This document shows positions 27,311 to 35,408 of a DNA stretch of 64,000 nucleotides, piece after piece (positions within the stretch are counted from its first letter, which is position 1; every line of letters starts with the position of its first letter). This DNA is from an uncultured bacterium (lineage in GTDB: Bacteria; Oederibacteriota; Oederibacteriia; Oederibacteriales; Oederibacteriaceae). The position numbers and the translations under genes are program-made. Under the pieces are notes generated by a model. The model saw only the letters and a list, made by a program, of their open reading frames with translations, did no database searches and was not told the DNA's origin. The stretch lies in NCBI GenBank assembly GCA_965112635.1, contig OZ218778.1, positions 608,001-672,000 on the forward strand, read 5' to 3'.

Positions 27311-28557
27311 GGCTTCTCCTTTTCCATCCTGAATTCTTCCACCATACCCAGCAGATGATGAGGGATGGCGGCCGTTACCGTCACGCCCTTAGCTCCATAA
27401 CGCTCGCTGACAATAAACGACTTTTGTTTTAAAAAAGCATGCACTGAACTCCGCGAGTAGGGTATGCGCAGTTTAATTTCTGCCGGTCTGGCCAGCAATG
27501 GCCCCAGCCGCTGTCCCAGTTCCTGGATATGGTCGCCATGGAGAGCCGAACAAACAAAAGCTTCTGGGTTTTCCCTGCGGATGGTGTTCAGGATAGTTTT
27601 ACTTTTGAGCAGGTCGGACTTGTTGAATACCATGAGCACCGGCTTATCACCGCATTTCAAGTCAGCCAAAATTTCCCTGACTGTTTTTACCTGTTCGCTG
27701 TATCCCGGATGGCTGGCGTCCACCACATGGACCAGCACATCGGCCTCGGTGATCTCTTCTAAAGTAGCCTTAAAAGCCGCCACCAGCTCCACAGGCAAAT
27801 GGCTGATAAACCCGACCGTATCGGTCAGGAGCACGGTCTGTTGGTGCTGACCGAGATACAGCTGGCGCGTGGCTGGGTCCAAAGTGGCAAACAACCGGTC
27901 ATCGGCCAGTTGGTTCCCCTTGGTCAGCGCGTTGAACAAAGTGGTCTTGCCGGCATTGGTATACCCGACCAGGGCGAACACAGGCACATGGTCGCGCTGG
28001 CGTTTTTTGCGGGACATCCCGCGCAGGTTGCGTATCTTCTCCAGCGACTGCTTGAGCATATGGATGCGGTGGCGTATCCTGCGGCGGTCGGTTTCCAGCT
28101 TGGTCTCGCCGGGTCCCCGTGTGCCGATACCTCCGCCTTGCTGGGAAAGCAGAACACCCTTGCCTGTCAAACGCGGCAACATATAGTTCATCTGCGCCAG
28201 TTCCACCTGGATCTTGCCCTCGTTGGTGCGTGCCCGTTGGCTAAAAATATCCAGGATCAATCCCGGCCTGTCCACTATCTTGGCCGGGATGGTTTCGTCG
28301 AGGTTGCGATACTGGTTGGGTTTGAGCAATTCGTTGAAAATGACCAGGCTGGCGGATTGGGCTTTGACCATCCCGGCGATCTGGACTGCTTTGCCGCTCC
28401 CGATATAAAAAGCCGGGTCAGGACTGGAACGCTCCTGCACCACTTCCGAGACGATCTGCGCCCCGGCCGTGCGGGCCAGTTCGCGCAACTCTGCCAAAGA
28501 CGCTTCCATCTCCGGGCTTCGGCCTCGGCTGAGCGCCACTAAAATCGCTTTTTCCAA
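27307..28557 (-). CDS. hflX: Ribosome-splitting GTPase HflX
   Basis: GGIGTRGPGETKLETDRR, GYTNAGKT, LFATLD, DTVGF, NKSD. Confidence 0.97.
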   Translation of the reverse strand: MEKAILVALSRGRSPEMEASLAELRELARTAGAQIVSEVVQERSSPDPAFYIGSGKAVQIAGMVKAQSASLVIFNELLKPNQYRNLDETIPAKIVDRPGLILDIFSQRARTNEGKIQVELAQMNYMLPRLTGKGVLLSQQGGGIGTRGPGETKLETDRRRIRHRIHMLKQSLEKIRNLRGMSRKKRQRDHVPVFALVGYTNAGKTTLFNALTKGNQLADDRLFATLDPATRQLYLGQHQQTVLLTDTVGFISHLPVELVAAFKATLEEITEADVLVHVVDASHPGYSEQVKTVREILADLKCGDKPVLMVFNKSDLLKSKTILNTIRRENPEAFVCSALHGDHIQELGQRLGPLLARPAEIKLRIPYSRSSVHAFLKQKSFIVSERYGAKGVTVTAAIPHHLLGMVEEFRMEKEKP

Positions 28558-28577
28558 AAGTAAACCTCCAGATATTA

Positions 28578-29357
28578 TTAATTCCTACAGGGAGACGCTC
28601 TTAGTACCAAAAAAGATAAACACCCCTGACAGACTAAAACTAAAACCACGGCCAGGCCAAAGGCCCAGGCAATGCCTAGGGGCACCAGGCCCCAGGCCAG
28701 CACTACACAAAACACGGCAAACGAACCCATGCCTATCAATGACCCGGACAGCAGGCGCACCGCTCCTTTTGGCCCGTACTGGTGCTGGCTCATCCCGGCC
28801 ATGATGGTGTTGACCACTGGAATGGGAGCCAGCAGTCCGCTCAAAGCCGGCCCCAAATTATTGGCCGCAAAAGTTAAAAGTAAAACAACAACCGCGGTAA
28901 TGGCCATCCGCAAAGGAATGTCCCAGCGTAACGCCGCAGGCGTTCTCAGGTCAGCGGAATGGCTGGGAAGAAAACGGTAAGCCAGGAAAAGCGCTGCCTC
29001 AGCCATGACCAAAGACACAAGGATACCCGCGGAAAAATTCATGAGAAGCAAAGTAAAAAGAGCGTAACTTAGCCAGCTCCCTATCACGCTCCAAAAAATC
29101 CCCAATCGTTGGCTGATCCAGCTATAGGTCAGGGCAAAAGCCGCGAAACAAACTACAGCCTGGCTCGTCTTCAGCGCTGCCTGGGAAGCAAAACCCGTTC
29201 CCTGTTCCAGGCTGTATAACAATAGTATGCACCCGGCTATTACCGGCAGTCCGGCAAATACTCCGCCGGCCTTGACTCCCCAACGTCTGCTGCCTAGGGT
29301 CGCTCCGGCCACTAGGCACGGGGCCAGTACTATTTTTAGGACCAGCAACCAAGTCAT
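28578..29357 (-). CDS. Conserved multi-pass membrane protein with two internal repeats
   Basis: RRWG..GG..AGLP and LGP.LSGLL..P repeats. ATG 29357 has an SD; the longer ORF runs into a repeat element. Confidence 0.65.
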   Translation of the reverse strand: MTWLLVLKIVLAPCLVAGATLGSRRWGVKAGGVFAGLPVIAGCILLLYSLEQGTGFASQAALKTSQAVVCFAAFALTYSWISQRLGIFWSVIGSWLSYALFTLLLMNFSAGILVSLVMAEAALFLAYRFLPSHSADLRTPAALRWDIPLRMAITAVVVLLLTFAANNLGPALSGLLAPIPVVNTIMAGMSQHQYGPKGAVRLLSGSLIGMGSFAVFCVVLAWGLVPLGIAWAFGLAVVLVLVCQGCLSFLVLRASPCRN

Positions 29358-29383
29358 GCTTATCGTCTTCCCCCTAAAAAAAA

Positions 29384-29496
29384 TCCCTCTCCCCACGGGA
29401 GAGGGCTGGGTGAGGGAGTAATTTTCGGCAATGCTTTCACCCTCACTCTTTTTAGTCCCCGTATGGCGACCTCTATCCTCTCCCAAAGGGAGAGGA
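29384..29496. repeat. BoxC-like palindromic repeat pair
   Basis: CCCTCTCCCCACGGGAGAGGGCTGGGTGAGGG, then an inverted, interrupted copy CCCTCAC..TCCTCTCCCAAAGGGAGAGGA. Confidence 0.75.
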
Positions 29497-29518
29497 AACT
29501 ACTGCGAAGCATCATTAT

Positions 29519-30487
29519 TTACTTCCCCAATATCTCGTTCAGTACTTTGGCCAATCTGACCCCGGCCCGGCTGAGCCGTTCTTGGATGAGAGGATACATC
29601 TGGTCCTCATAATCCTGCCCATAAGCGGGTATTGAGCCGTCATGGGGAAAATCCTTATATATTTTATCCACGCCTATCTTGTGGCTCTCCGCTACCCACT
29701 CCTCCAAAACGCTTCCCTGCCAGGCTTTGATCTGTCCGGGCTTCAAACCCTTGATGATCTCTTTGGCTATCACCTGGCTGGTCTGGCCCTGCTTTTCTAT
29801 GATGGAGTAGTCAAAAATAATATGCAGCCTCTGTTCCTCCCCGAAAAACCTGACCACCTTGAGGTTTCCTCCGTTATCCCCGTTGTGATGAGCCGGTATT
29901 TTGGAGGCTGGTATATTGATAAAACTGTCAGTGGTACAGTGCAAAGGCTGGTGGATATCCGCCACAAAATGGACTATAAAAAACAACGCCTTGAGCCGCT
30001 CGGTTGGGCTTTGTGTTTTATCCCCCAATATCCGGCTTTGGTTCTTTATCTGTTCCACCACGCAGGCCTGGTTGGGACAATAACGGACCAAATCCCCTGG
30101 CCCTATAGTTTTTACATCAGTGGGTATATCAATGAAATGCCAGGCCTTGGTTTCCTTGTGGTTCACTCCCCATCCGTCCGGCCAGTTGGATATCAGAGAA
30201 AGGTTTAGTTTCTTACTTTTGTCTAAGAAAACCGCCAGAGATTCATCTATATATTGGTAGGGAAAAACATCGGCATGGGTTTTTAACTGGCTGGCCTGCA
30301 CCTGGCTGTCTTTGCGCAAATCATCCAAAGCCTGGATAGTGGACGGCTGGAGCAGGGATTGAGCCACCATGGCCGCGACCTCATGCCCCGTCCTCGCCCA
30401 GCTATAACTCAGAGTAGGCAAGGTGATGAAAAAGGCTATGAGACCCACGATTAGTTTTTTACCAACAAAAATATTTTCTCTTTTCAT
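29519..30487 (-). CDS. Secreted S1/P1 nuclease
   Basis: Signal peptide, then WARTGH; WPD; WHFID; HFVADIHQPLH; DNGGN; AGVRLA. Confidence 0.92.
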   Translation of the reverse strand: MKRENIFVGKKLIVGLIAFFITLPTLSYSWARTGHEVAAMVAQSLLQPSTIQALDDLRKDSQVQASQLKTHADVFPYQYIDESLAVFLDKSKKLNLSLISNWPDGWGVNHKETKAWHFIDIPTDVKTIGPGDLVRYCPNQACVVEQIKNQSRILGDKTQSPTERLKALFFIVHFVADIHQPLHCTTDSFINIPASKIPAHHNGDNGGNLKVVRFFGEEQRLHIIFDYSIIEKQGQTSQVIAKEIIKGLKPGQIKAWQGSVLEEWVAESHKIGVDKIYKDFPHDGSIPAYGQDYEDQMYPLIQERLSRAGVRLAKVLNEILGK

Positions 30488-30544
30488 TTTTCTTCTCCTT
30501 CTAAAAAAACTCATCAAAAATTATGGCTTTTCCAAAAAAATTAT

Positions 30545-31627
30545 TCAATCCCCGCAGTTTTTACAGACCTTTTGCCAGGCAACGCCGGGAAACAGGGGTA
30601 TATAGGGTCCTTTACCCTGGCTGGCCAGTGTTTTTAGCTCGCTGATGCGGTCCTCGGTCCGGGGATGCGTGGAAAAATAGGTCAAAAGGGCCGGCGTATC
30701 GCTTTGCTCTTCCAGGACGCTGAAAAACCGGACCATACCCACCGGGTCGACCTTTGCCGCCAGGAGCATCCCCAAGCCTTTGCGGTCCGCCTCTGCCTCG
30801 TCATCCCGGCTGAACTTCAAAAGCGACAGCGCCCTGACCCCTCCCCAGCCCAGAGAACCGGCCTCCCTGCCGGCCAATATCGAGAACAGGATCAGGGTGG
30901 AGGACTGGCTGATCATTCGCCGGGTGGCGTGACGGTTGAGCACATGCTGCATTTCATGGGCCAGCACCCCGGCCATTTCCTCGGGGCTGTGCGTCTTGGC
31001 CAAGAGCCCTGTGTACACCACGATGGTGCCGCCCGGAAAAGCAAAAGCATTGATCTCTTTGTTTTTAACAACCATGACTTTGAACTGGTAGGGGCAATCC
31101 TTGACCGTAGAGACCAGCCTCTGGACAATACCCTGGACAGCCTGCTCGGTCTGGGCATCATGGCAGCGTTGGCTGGCCGGAATGGCTCCGTGGAATGCCG
31201 CCTCTCCCATGCTTCTTTCAAAAGAAATAGGAACATACGGGGTGAGCAAAGAAGCCAGGTAGGGCACGCCCCAGACCATGAGGCTGATGAACACGGCCAA
31301 TAGTCCCAGGCCCCAAAAGATCCCGCGGTAGGCGCTGGCAGTTGAGCGGAACAAATGACGGGCCTCTTTGGGCCTGGACTCGTTGAGATGGCGGAGGAAC
31401 CTCGCGTCAAACACCACCAAATCGACCCCGGCCCGCTCCAGCCTGACCGGATCGCCCGGAAGCCCGTGCCTGACCCTTTTGATCTCGCTGTAGGGCCAGA
31501 CCCGTTCGGTCCAGCTCTCGGCGGTGATGCGCAGTCCCTGGGGCGAGAGGCGGACTTTGACGCTGGTGCGCTGGCCCTGCTTTTCGGCGAGCAGTCCGTC
31601 CCAGCCATTGTCAGGTAAAGTATCTAT
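30545..31627 (-). CDS. M48-family zinc metallopeptidase with N-terminal extra domain and TM
   Basis: INAFAFPGG, AHEMQH (HExxH), FSRDDEAEAD, STHP. Start uncertain, possibly ATA 31627. Confidence 0.88.
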   Translation of the reverse strand: MDTLPDNGWDGLLAEKQGQRTSVKVRLSPQGLRITAESWTERVWPYSEIKRVRHGLPGDPVRLERAGVDLVVFDARFLRHLNESRPKEARHLFRSTASAYRGIFWGLGLLAVFISLMVWGVPYLASLLTPYVPISFERSMGEAAFHGAIPASQRCHDAQTEQAVQGIVQRLVSTVKDCPYQFKVMVVKNKEINAFAFPGGTIVVYTGLLAKTHSPEEMAGVLAHEMQHVLNRHATRRMISQSSTLILFSILAGREAGSLGWGGVRALSLLKFSRDDEAEADRKGLGMLLAAKVDPVGMVRFFSVLEEQSDTPALLTYFSTHPRTEDRISELKTLASQGKGPYIPLFPGVAWQKVCKNCGD

Positions 31628-32139
31628 GACCTTTTCTCCTTGACCGTGACGGCCGTGCCGTAGGCCAGGACCTCGGTGACGCTGGCAGAGATCTCGGTGG
31701 CGTCGTAGCGCATGCCCACGACGGCATTGGCGCCGATCTCGGCCGCGCGCTCGCACATCAGATCAAAGGCCTCCTGCCGGGCCTGTTCGCACAGCTCGGT
31801 ATAGATAGTGATGTTGCCTCCGAAAAACCGCTGGAATCCCGCGGCCATGTTGCCCAGCGCCCCTCGTGAACGCACCGTGATGCCGCGCACGATACCGATA
31901 TTTTTGGTTACGTCGTGCTTCCTCAGGACAAAGGCCGAGGTGACCAGGTTGTGGTCAAGTTTGCCATTGCCGGAAACGGTCTGGCCTGGGCCTGTCCCGC
32001 TTCCCGCCTGGGGAACTCTTTTTTTGTTCTTTTTTCCGCCCAGCAGTCCCAGGGAACGCAAAAGGATGAAGGCCAGGAACAGCCAGATGATCTTGAGCTT
32101 TAAAAGTATCAGTAGGATGAGGGTCAGGGTATGTCCCAT
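31624..32139 (-). CDS. YbjQ-family (UPF0145) protein with N-terminal membrane anchor
   Basis: GIVRGITVRSR..YTEL..AR.EA..GANA..GMRYD..EVLAYGTAV; hydrophobic N-terminus. Confidence 0.88.
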   Translation of the reverse strand: MGHTLTLILLILLKLKIIWLFLAFILLRSLGLLGGKKNKKRVPQAGSGTGPGQTVSGNGKLDHNLVTSAFVLRKHDVTKNIGIVRGITVRSRGALGNMAAGFQRFFGGNITIYTELCEQARQEAFDLMCERAAEIGANAVVGMRYDATEISASVTEVLAYGTAVTVKEKRS

Positions 32140-32501
32140 TATTTGGACTCCTTGACCGTGACGGCCGTGCCATAGGCCAGGACTTCGGTGACGCCGGGCG
32201 AGATCTCAGTGGCGTCGTAGCGCATTCCGATGATGGCGTTGGCGCCGATCTCGGCCGCGTGCTCGCACATCAGTTCAAAAGCCTCCTGCCGGGCCTGTTC
32301 GCACAGTTCGGTATAGATGGTGATATTGCCGCCGAAGAACTGCTGGAAACCGGCGGCCATGTTGCCCAACGCGCCTCTCGAACGCACCGTGATACCGCGC
32401 ACGATCCCGATATTATCCGCGATCTCGTACCCGGGCAAAACAAGCGTGGAGGTGACCATACCGTGCTCTACCCGTGCGACCGTCCTTTTGCTGTCAGCCA
32501 T
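32139..32501 (-). CDS. YbjQ-family (UPF0145) protein
   Basis: Same motifs as the neighbour; ATG 32501 after GGAGG. Confidence 0.9.
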   Translation of the reverse strand: MADSKRTVARVEHGMVTSTLVLPGYEIADNIGIVRGITVRSRGALGNMAAGFQQFFGGNITIYTELCEQARQEAFELMCEHAAEIGANAIIGMRYDATEISPGVTEVLAYGTAVTVKESK

Positions 32502-32599
32502 AAAAAATCCTCCCTTGCATAAATTATTTCTTCCTACACAGCACCTAAATTCTAACCCCTGCCCCTCAAAACACAATGGCTGGGACGCCAACTAGTGTT

Positions 32600-33181
32600 T
32601 TAGGGCATGGACCGGATGGCGGTGATAACCTCGGTTTCATGGCCCTGGGGATTGACCTGGGGGAATATCCTGGCAATGCGGCCTTCTTTATCAATGATAA
32701 AGGTGGTCCGCTCAATACCCATGTACTTTTTCCCCTGGTACTCTTTTTGCTTATAAACCCCGTATTTTTTGCACACCTTGGCGTCCGTATCGCTCAGTAA
32801 AGTGAAAGGCAAATTGAACTTTTTGATGAACTGGGTATGGGATTCCAGGTTGTCCATGCTGACCCCCAGGACCACCGCGCCCTGGCCTTGGATCTCTTTG
32901 ATCCCGTCCCTAAACCCGCAGGCTTCCGTGGTACACCCCGGCGTATCATCTTTGGGATAAAAATACAGGACCACGATTTGTTTTTTAAAGTCTTTGAGCG
33001 AGAGTTTTTTGCCCTGGCTGGAAGGCAAACTGAAATCCGGCGCTTTTTTGCCCACCACTATCTTCTGCTCTTTTTCTTTTGACTGTGTCATACTCCCTCC
33101 TTTTGATAGGGCTGATACAGAGTTGGTTAATGCCGCTCCTCCCAGCATCAGCAAAGCAACGGCCCATATTTTCGTTTTCAT
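32600..33181 (-). CDS. bcp: BCP/PrxQ peroxiredoxin with possible signal peptide
   Basis: YFYPKDDTPGCTTEACGFRD, ERTTFII; alternative internal start at 33091. Confidence 0.93.
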   Translation of the reverse strand: MKTKIWAVALLMLGGAALTNSVSALSKGGSMTQSKEKEQKIVVGKKAPDFSLPSSQGKKLSLKDFKKQIVVLYFYPKDDTPGCTTEACGFRDGIKEIQGQGAVVLGVSMDNLESHTQFIKKFNLPFTLLSDTDAKVCKKYGVYKQKEYQGKKYMGIERTTFIIDKEGRIARIFPQVNPQGHETEVITAIRSMP

Positions 33182-33235
33182 TTTCTCCTCCTCATTGAAA
33201 CTGATAGCGTCGCAACTCCCTGCGGAGTTGTGACA

Positions 33236-33282
33236 TAACAACCTGCTGAATGACTGTTATTAAAGTTGCCAACAGGTTGTTA
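33236..33282. repeat. 47-bp inverted-repeat element (family copy 2), contains the moeB stop codon
   Basis: TAACAACCTGCT..AACAGGTTGTTA; preceded by hairpin GTCGCAACTCC-CTGC-GGAGTTGTGAC. Confidence 0.75.
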
Positions 33283-34449
33283 ATACCTCGGCACGGACGG
33301 GTCAATTTTTTTGGACCAGGCGTCAATGCCTCCTATTAGATTCTTGACCCTGGTTAAACTCTGGCGCTTTAAAAATTTCATAGCCTGACTGCTCCGGTTG
33401 CCGTGATGGCAGTAAACCACGATCTCTTTGGAACCATCCAATTCCTCATAACTCTCACCTATCTTGCTCAGGGGCAAAAGAACTGAACCTTCAATACGGC
33501 AAATTTCATATTCATGAGACTCCCGCACATCCACCAACAAAAACTTTTCCTTGCGGTCCAGTTTGGCTTTCAACTCTTCCGGTGTGATGTCGGTAGATTC
33601 GTCTTTGGGTTTTTCCTGCACAACCGGAGTTGCGCTCCCGTAATATTTGGCCAGGGTGGTCAGGTCTTTGAGCACGGGATTATCTCCGCATACTGGACAC
33701 TGGGGATTTTTTTCCAGTTTGACCTCTTTGAATTTCATTTCCAGGCTGTCAAACAATAGCAGCCTGCCGACCAGAGGCTTGCCGATATTGAGCAGAAGTT
33801 TGATGGCCTCTCCGGCCTGGATGAGGCCGAGAATTCCCGGCACCACGCCCAGCACTCCGGCCACCGAACAGCTCCCGTCTCCGGCCGGAGGCTCCGGATA
33901 CAAACAGCGGTAGCAGGGGCCGTGCTCGGCGTCATAAACCGTGACCTGGCCCTGGAATTTGGAAACTCCGGCATCCACCATTGGCTTTTTCAATAGAGCG
34001 CAGGCGTCATTGACCAGATAACGCGTGGGATAGTTGTCCGAACCGTTTATGATGACATCATAGGTTTTGAATATATCTAAAGCGTTTTGGCTGGTCAGGC
34101 GGTCGCCATAGGTCTCGATCTCAATATCAGGATTAAGGGCCAGCAGTGTTTTTTTAGCTGTGGCTGTTTTGGACTTTCCTCTGTCTTTGTCCGCGTAAAG
34201 CACCTGCCTCTGCAGGTTGCTAATATCCACTTTATCGTCATCAATGAGGCCTAAATTTCCCACTCCCGCGGCAGCGAGATATAGCGCGGCGGGTGAGCCC
34301 AGCCCTCCCACGCCCACCATAAGCACCCTTCCTGCTTTGAGTTTGAGCTGGCCTGTTTTGCCTATCTCCGGCAAAATCAGATGCCTGCGGTACCGGGCTA
34401 TTTCATTTTTGGACAGTTCATTGAGATCATCTTTCCTAAAAAATCCCAT
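33280..34449 (-). CDS. moeB: MoeB/ThiF adenylyltransferase fused to rhodanese (MoeZ-like)
   Basis: RYRRHLIL, GVGGLGSP, SNLQRQ, CYRC/CPVC Zn sites, rhodanese YCHHGNRS. Confidence 0.92.
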   Translation of the reverse strand: MGFFRKDDLNELSKNEIARYRRHLILPEIGKTGQLKLKAGRVLMVGVGGLGSPAALYLAAAGVGNLGLIDDDKVDISNLQRQVLYADKDRGKSKTATAKKTLLALNPDIEIETYGDRLTSQNALDIFKTYDVIINGSDNYPTRYLVNDACALLKKPMVDAGVSKFQGQVTVYDAEHGPCYRCLYPEPPAGDGSCSVAGVLGVVPGILGLIQAGEAIKLLLNIGKPLVGRLLLFDSLEMKFKEVKLEKNPQCPVCGDNPVLKDLTTLAKYYGSATPVVQEKPKDESTDITPEELKAKLDRKEKFLLVDVRESHEYEICRIEGSVLLPLSKIGESYEELDGSKEIVVYCHHGNRSSQAMKFLKRQSLTRVKNLIGGIDAWSKKIDPSVPRY

Positions 34450-34459
34450 AATGTCTCCT

Positions 34460-34507
34460 TAACAGGCTGCTGAATTATTTAAATAATAGTCCTTTAGCAG
34501 CCTGTTA
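34460..34507. repeat. 48-bp inverted-repeat element (family copy 3) abutting the moeB RBS
   Basis: Perfect 12-bp arms TAACAGGCTGCT..AGCAGCCTGTTA. Confidence 0.8.
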
Positions 34508-34564
34508 CACGAGTTCATACTCGCATGCATGAGCATGTCGCAAAGCCAAAGGGATTTGCGATGC
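34508..34564. repeat. TCAT/ATGA twin-hairpin unit plus adjacent hairpin
   Basis: CGAGT-TCAT-ACTCG, CATGC-ATGA-GCATG, then TCGCAAA..TTTGCGA; homologous to 7975-8032. Confidence 0.7.
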
Positions 34565-34603
34565 TTTCAACTACACTAACTCTGCCAAAAATGCTTTTTG
34601 GCA

Positions 34604-34653
34604 TAAAACCATCCGAACAGAAACGCATTATCACAATAATGCGGATGGTTTTA
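34604..34653. repeat. 50-bp inverted repeat containing the sufT stop codon
   Basis: Perfect 12-bp arms TAAAACCATCCG..CGGATGGTTTTA. Confidence 0.6.
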
Positions 34654-34956
34654 CCACAACCCCAGCTGGTTCTTGGCTTCCTCGCTGGCCATGGTGGCCG
34701 GATCCCACGGCGGGTCGAACACGATTTCCACGGTCGCGCTTTTGACCCCCGCCACGCTTTCCGCGGCATTGCGTGCGTTTTGCTGGAATTCCGGAGCAAT
34801 GGGGCAAAAAGGCGTGGTCAGGGTCATCTTGACGGCCACATCGCCCTCATCGTTCACCTTGACCTCATAGACCAGCCCCAGGCTGACGATGTCCAGATGG
34901 AGTTCGGGATCAACGACCTTTTTCAGGGCTTCCCTGACCTGTGCCTCGGTGACCAT
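34651..34956 (-). CDS. SufT/DUF59 Fe-S cluster assembly protein
   Basis: VVDPEL..IVSLGLVY..MTLTTPFCP..FDPPW. Confidence 0.9.
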   Translation of the reverse strand: MVTEAQVREALKKVVDPELHLDIVSLGLVYEVKVNDEGDVAVKMTLTTPFCPIAPEFQQNARNAAESVAGVKSATVEIVFDPPWDPATMASEEAKNQLGLW

Positions 34957-34958
34957 GT

Positions 34959-35408
34959 TCAGCCTCCGTTCTTTCCTTTTTGGCCGTAGTTTTCTATCCC
35001 CTGCTTGAGAGTATGCCAGGCCAGGGTGACGCATTTGACCCGGCCCGGAAATTTCCTGGCTCCCTTGAGCGCCTCGATATCGCCGTCCCAGCCCGGGATA
35101 TCCTGGCCCTGCATCATTTGCTGCAGTTGTTCAATAAGACCCAGGGCCTCCTTAAGTTCTTTGCCTTTGACCATGTCGGTCATGATGGAACCGGACGCCT
35201 GGCTGATGGCGCATCCCCGGCCGCTGCAGGATATCTGTTCGATGCGCCCGTCCTTGAGGCTGGCCTGCACCGAGAGGGTGTCCCCGCAAAGGGGGTTGTT
35301 GCCCTCCGCGGACAGGTCCGGCCGGCTCAGCCGCTCGTGGTTATGCGGCTCCTTGAAATGGTCCAGGATGACCTCCCGATAGAGGTCCGTGATCTCTTGG
35401 TCAGCCAC
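34959..35408 (-). CDS. sufU: SufU sulfur-transfer protein
   Basis: LYREVILDH, NPLCGD, GCAISQASGS, RVKC. Confidence 0.92.
   Translation of the reverse strand: MADQEITDLYREVILDHFKEPHNHERLSRPDLSAEGNNPLCGDTLSVQASLKDGRIEQISCSGRGCAISQASGSIMTDMVKGKELKEALGLIEQLQQMMQGQDIPGWDGDIEALKGARKFPGRVKCVTLAWHTLKQGIENYGQKGKNGG

Noticed and set aside
33236-34507. Elements as canonical integron attC sites
   Set aside because: They have TAAC..GTTA ends but are short, fully paired where attC has an unpaired spacer, lack clear L boxes with extrahelical bases, and no intI is present. Kept only as a geometric analogy.
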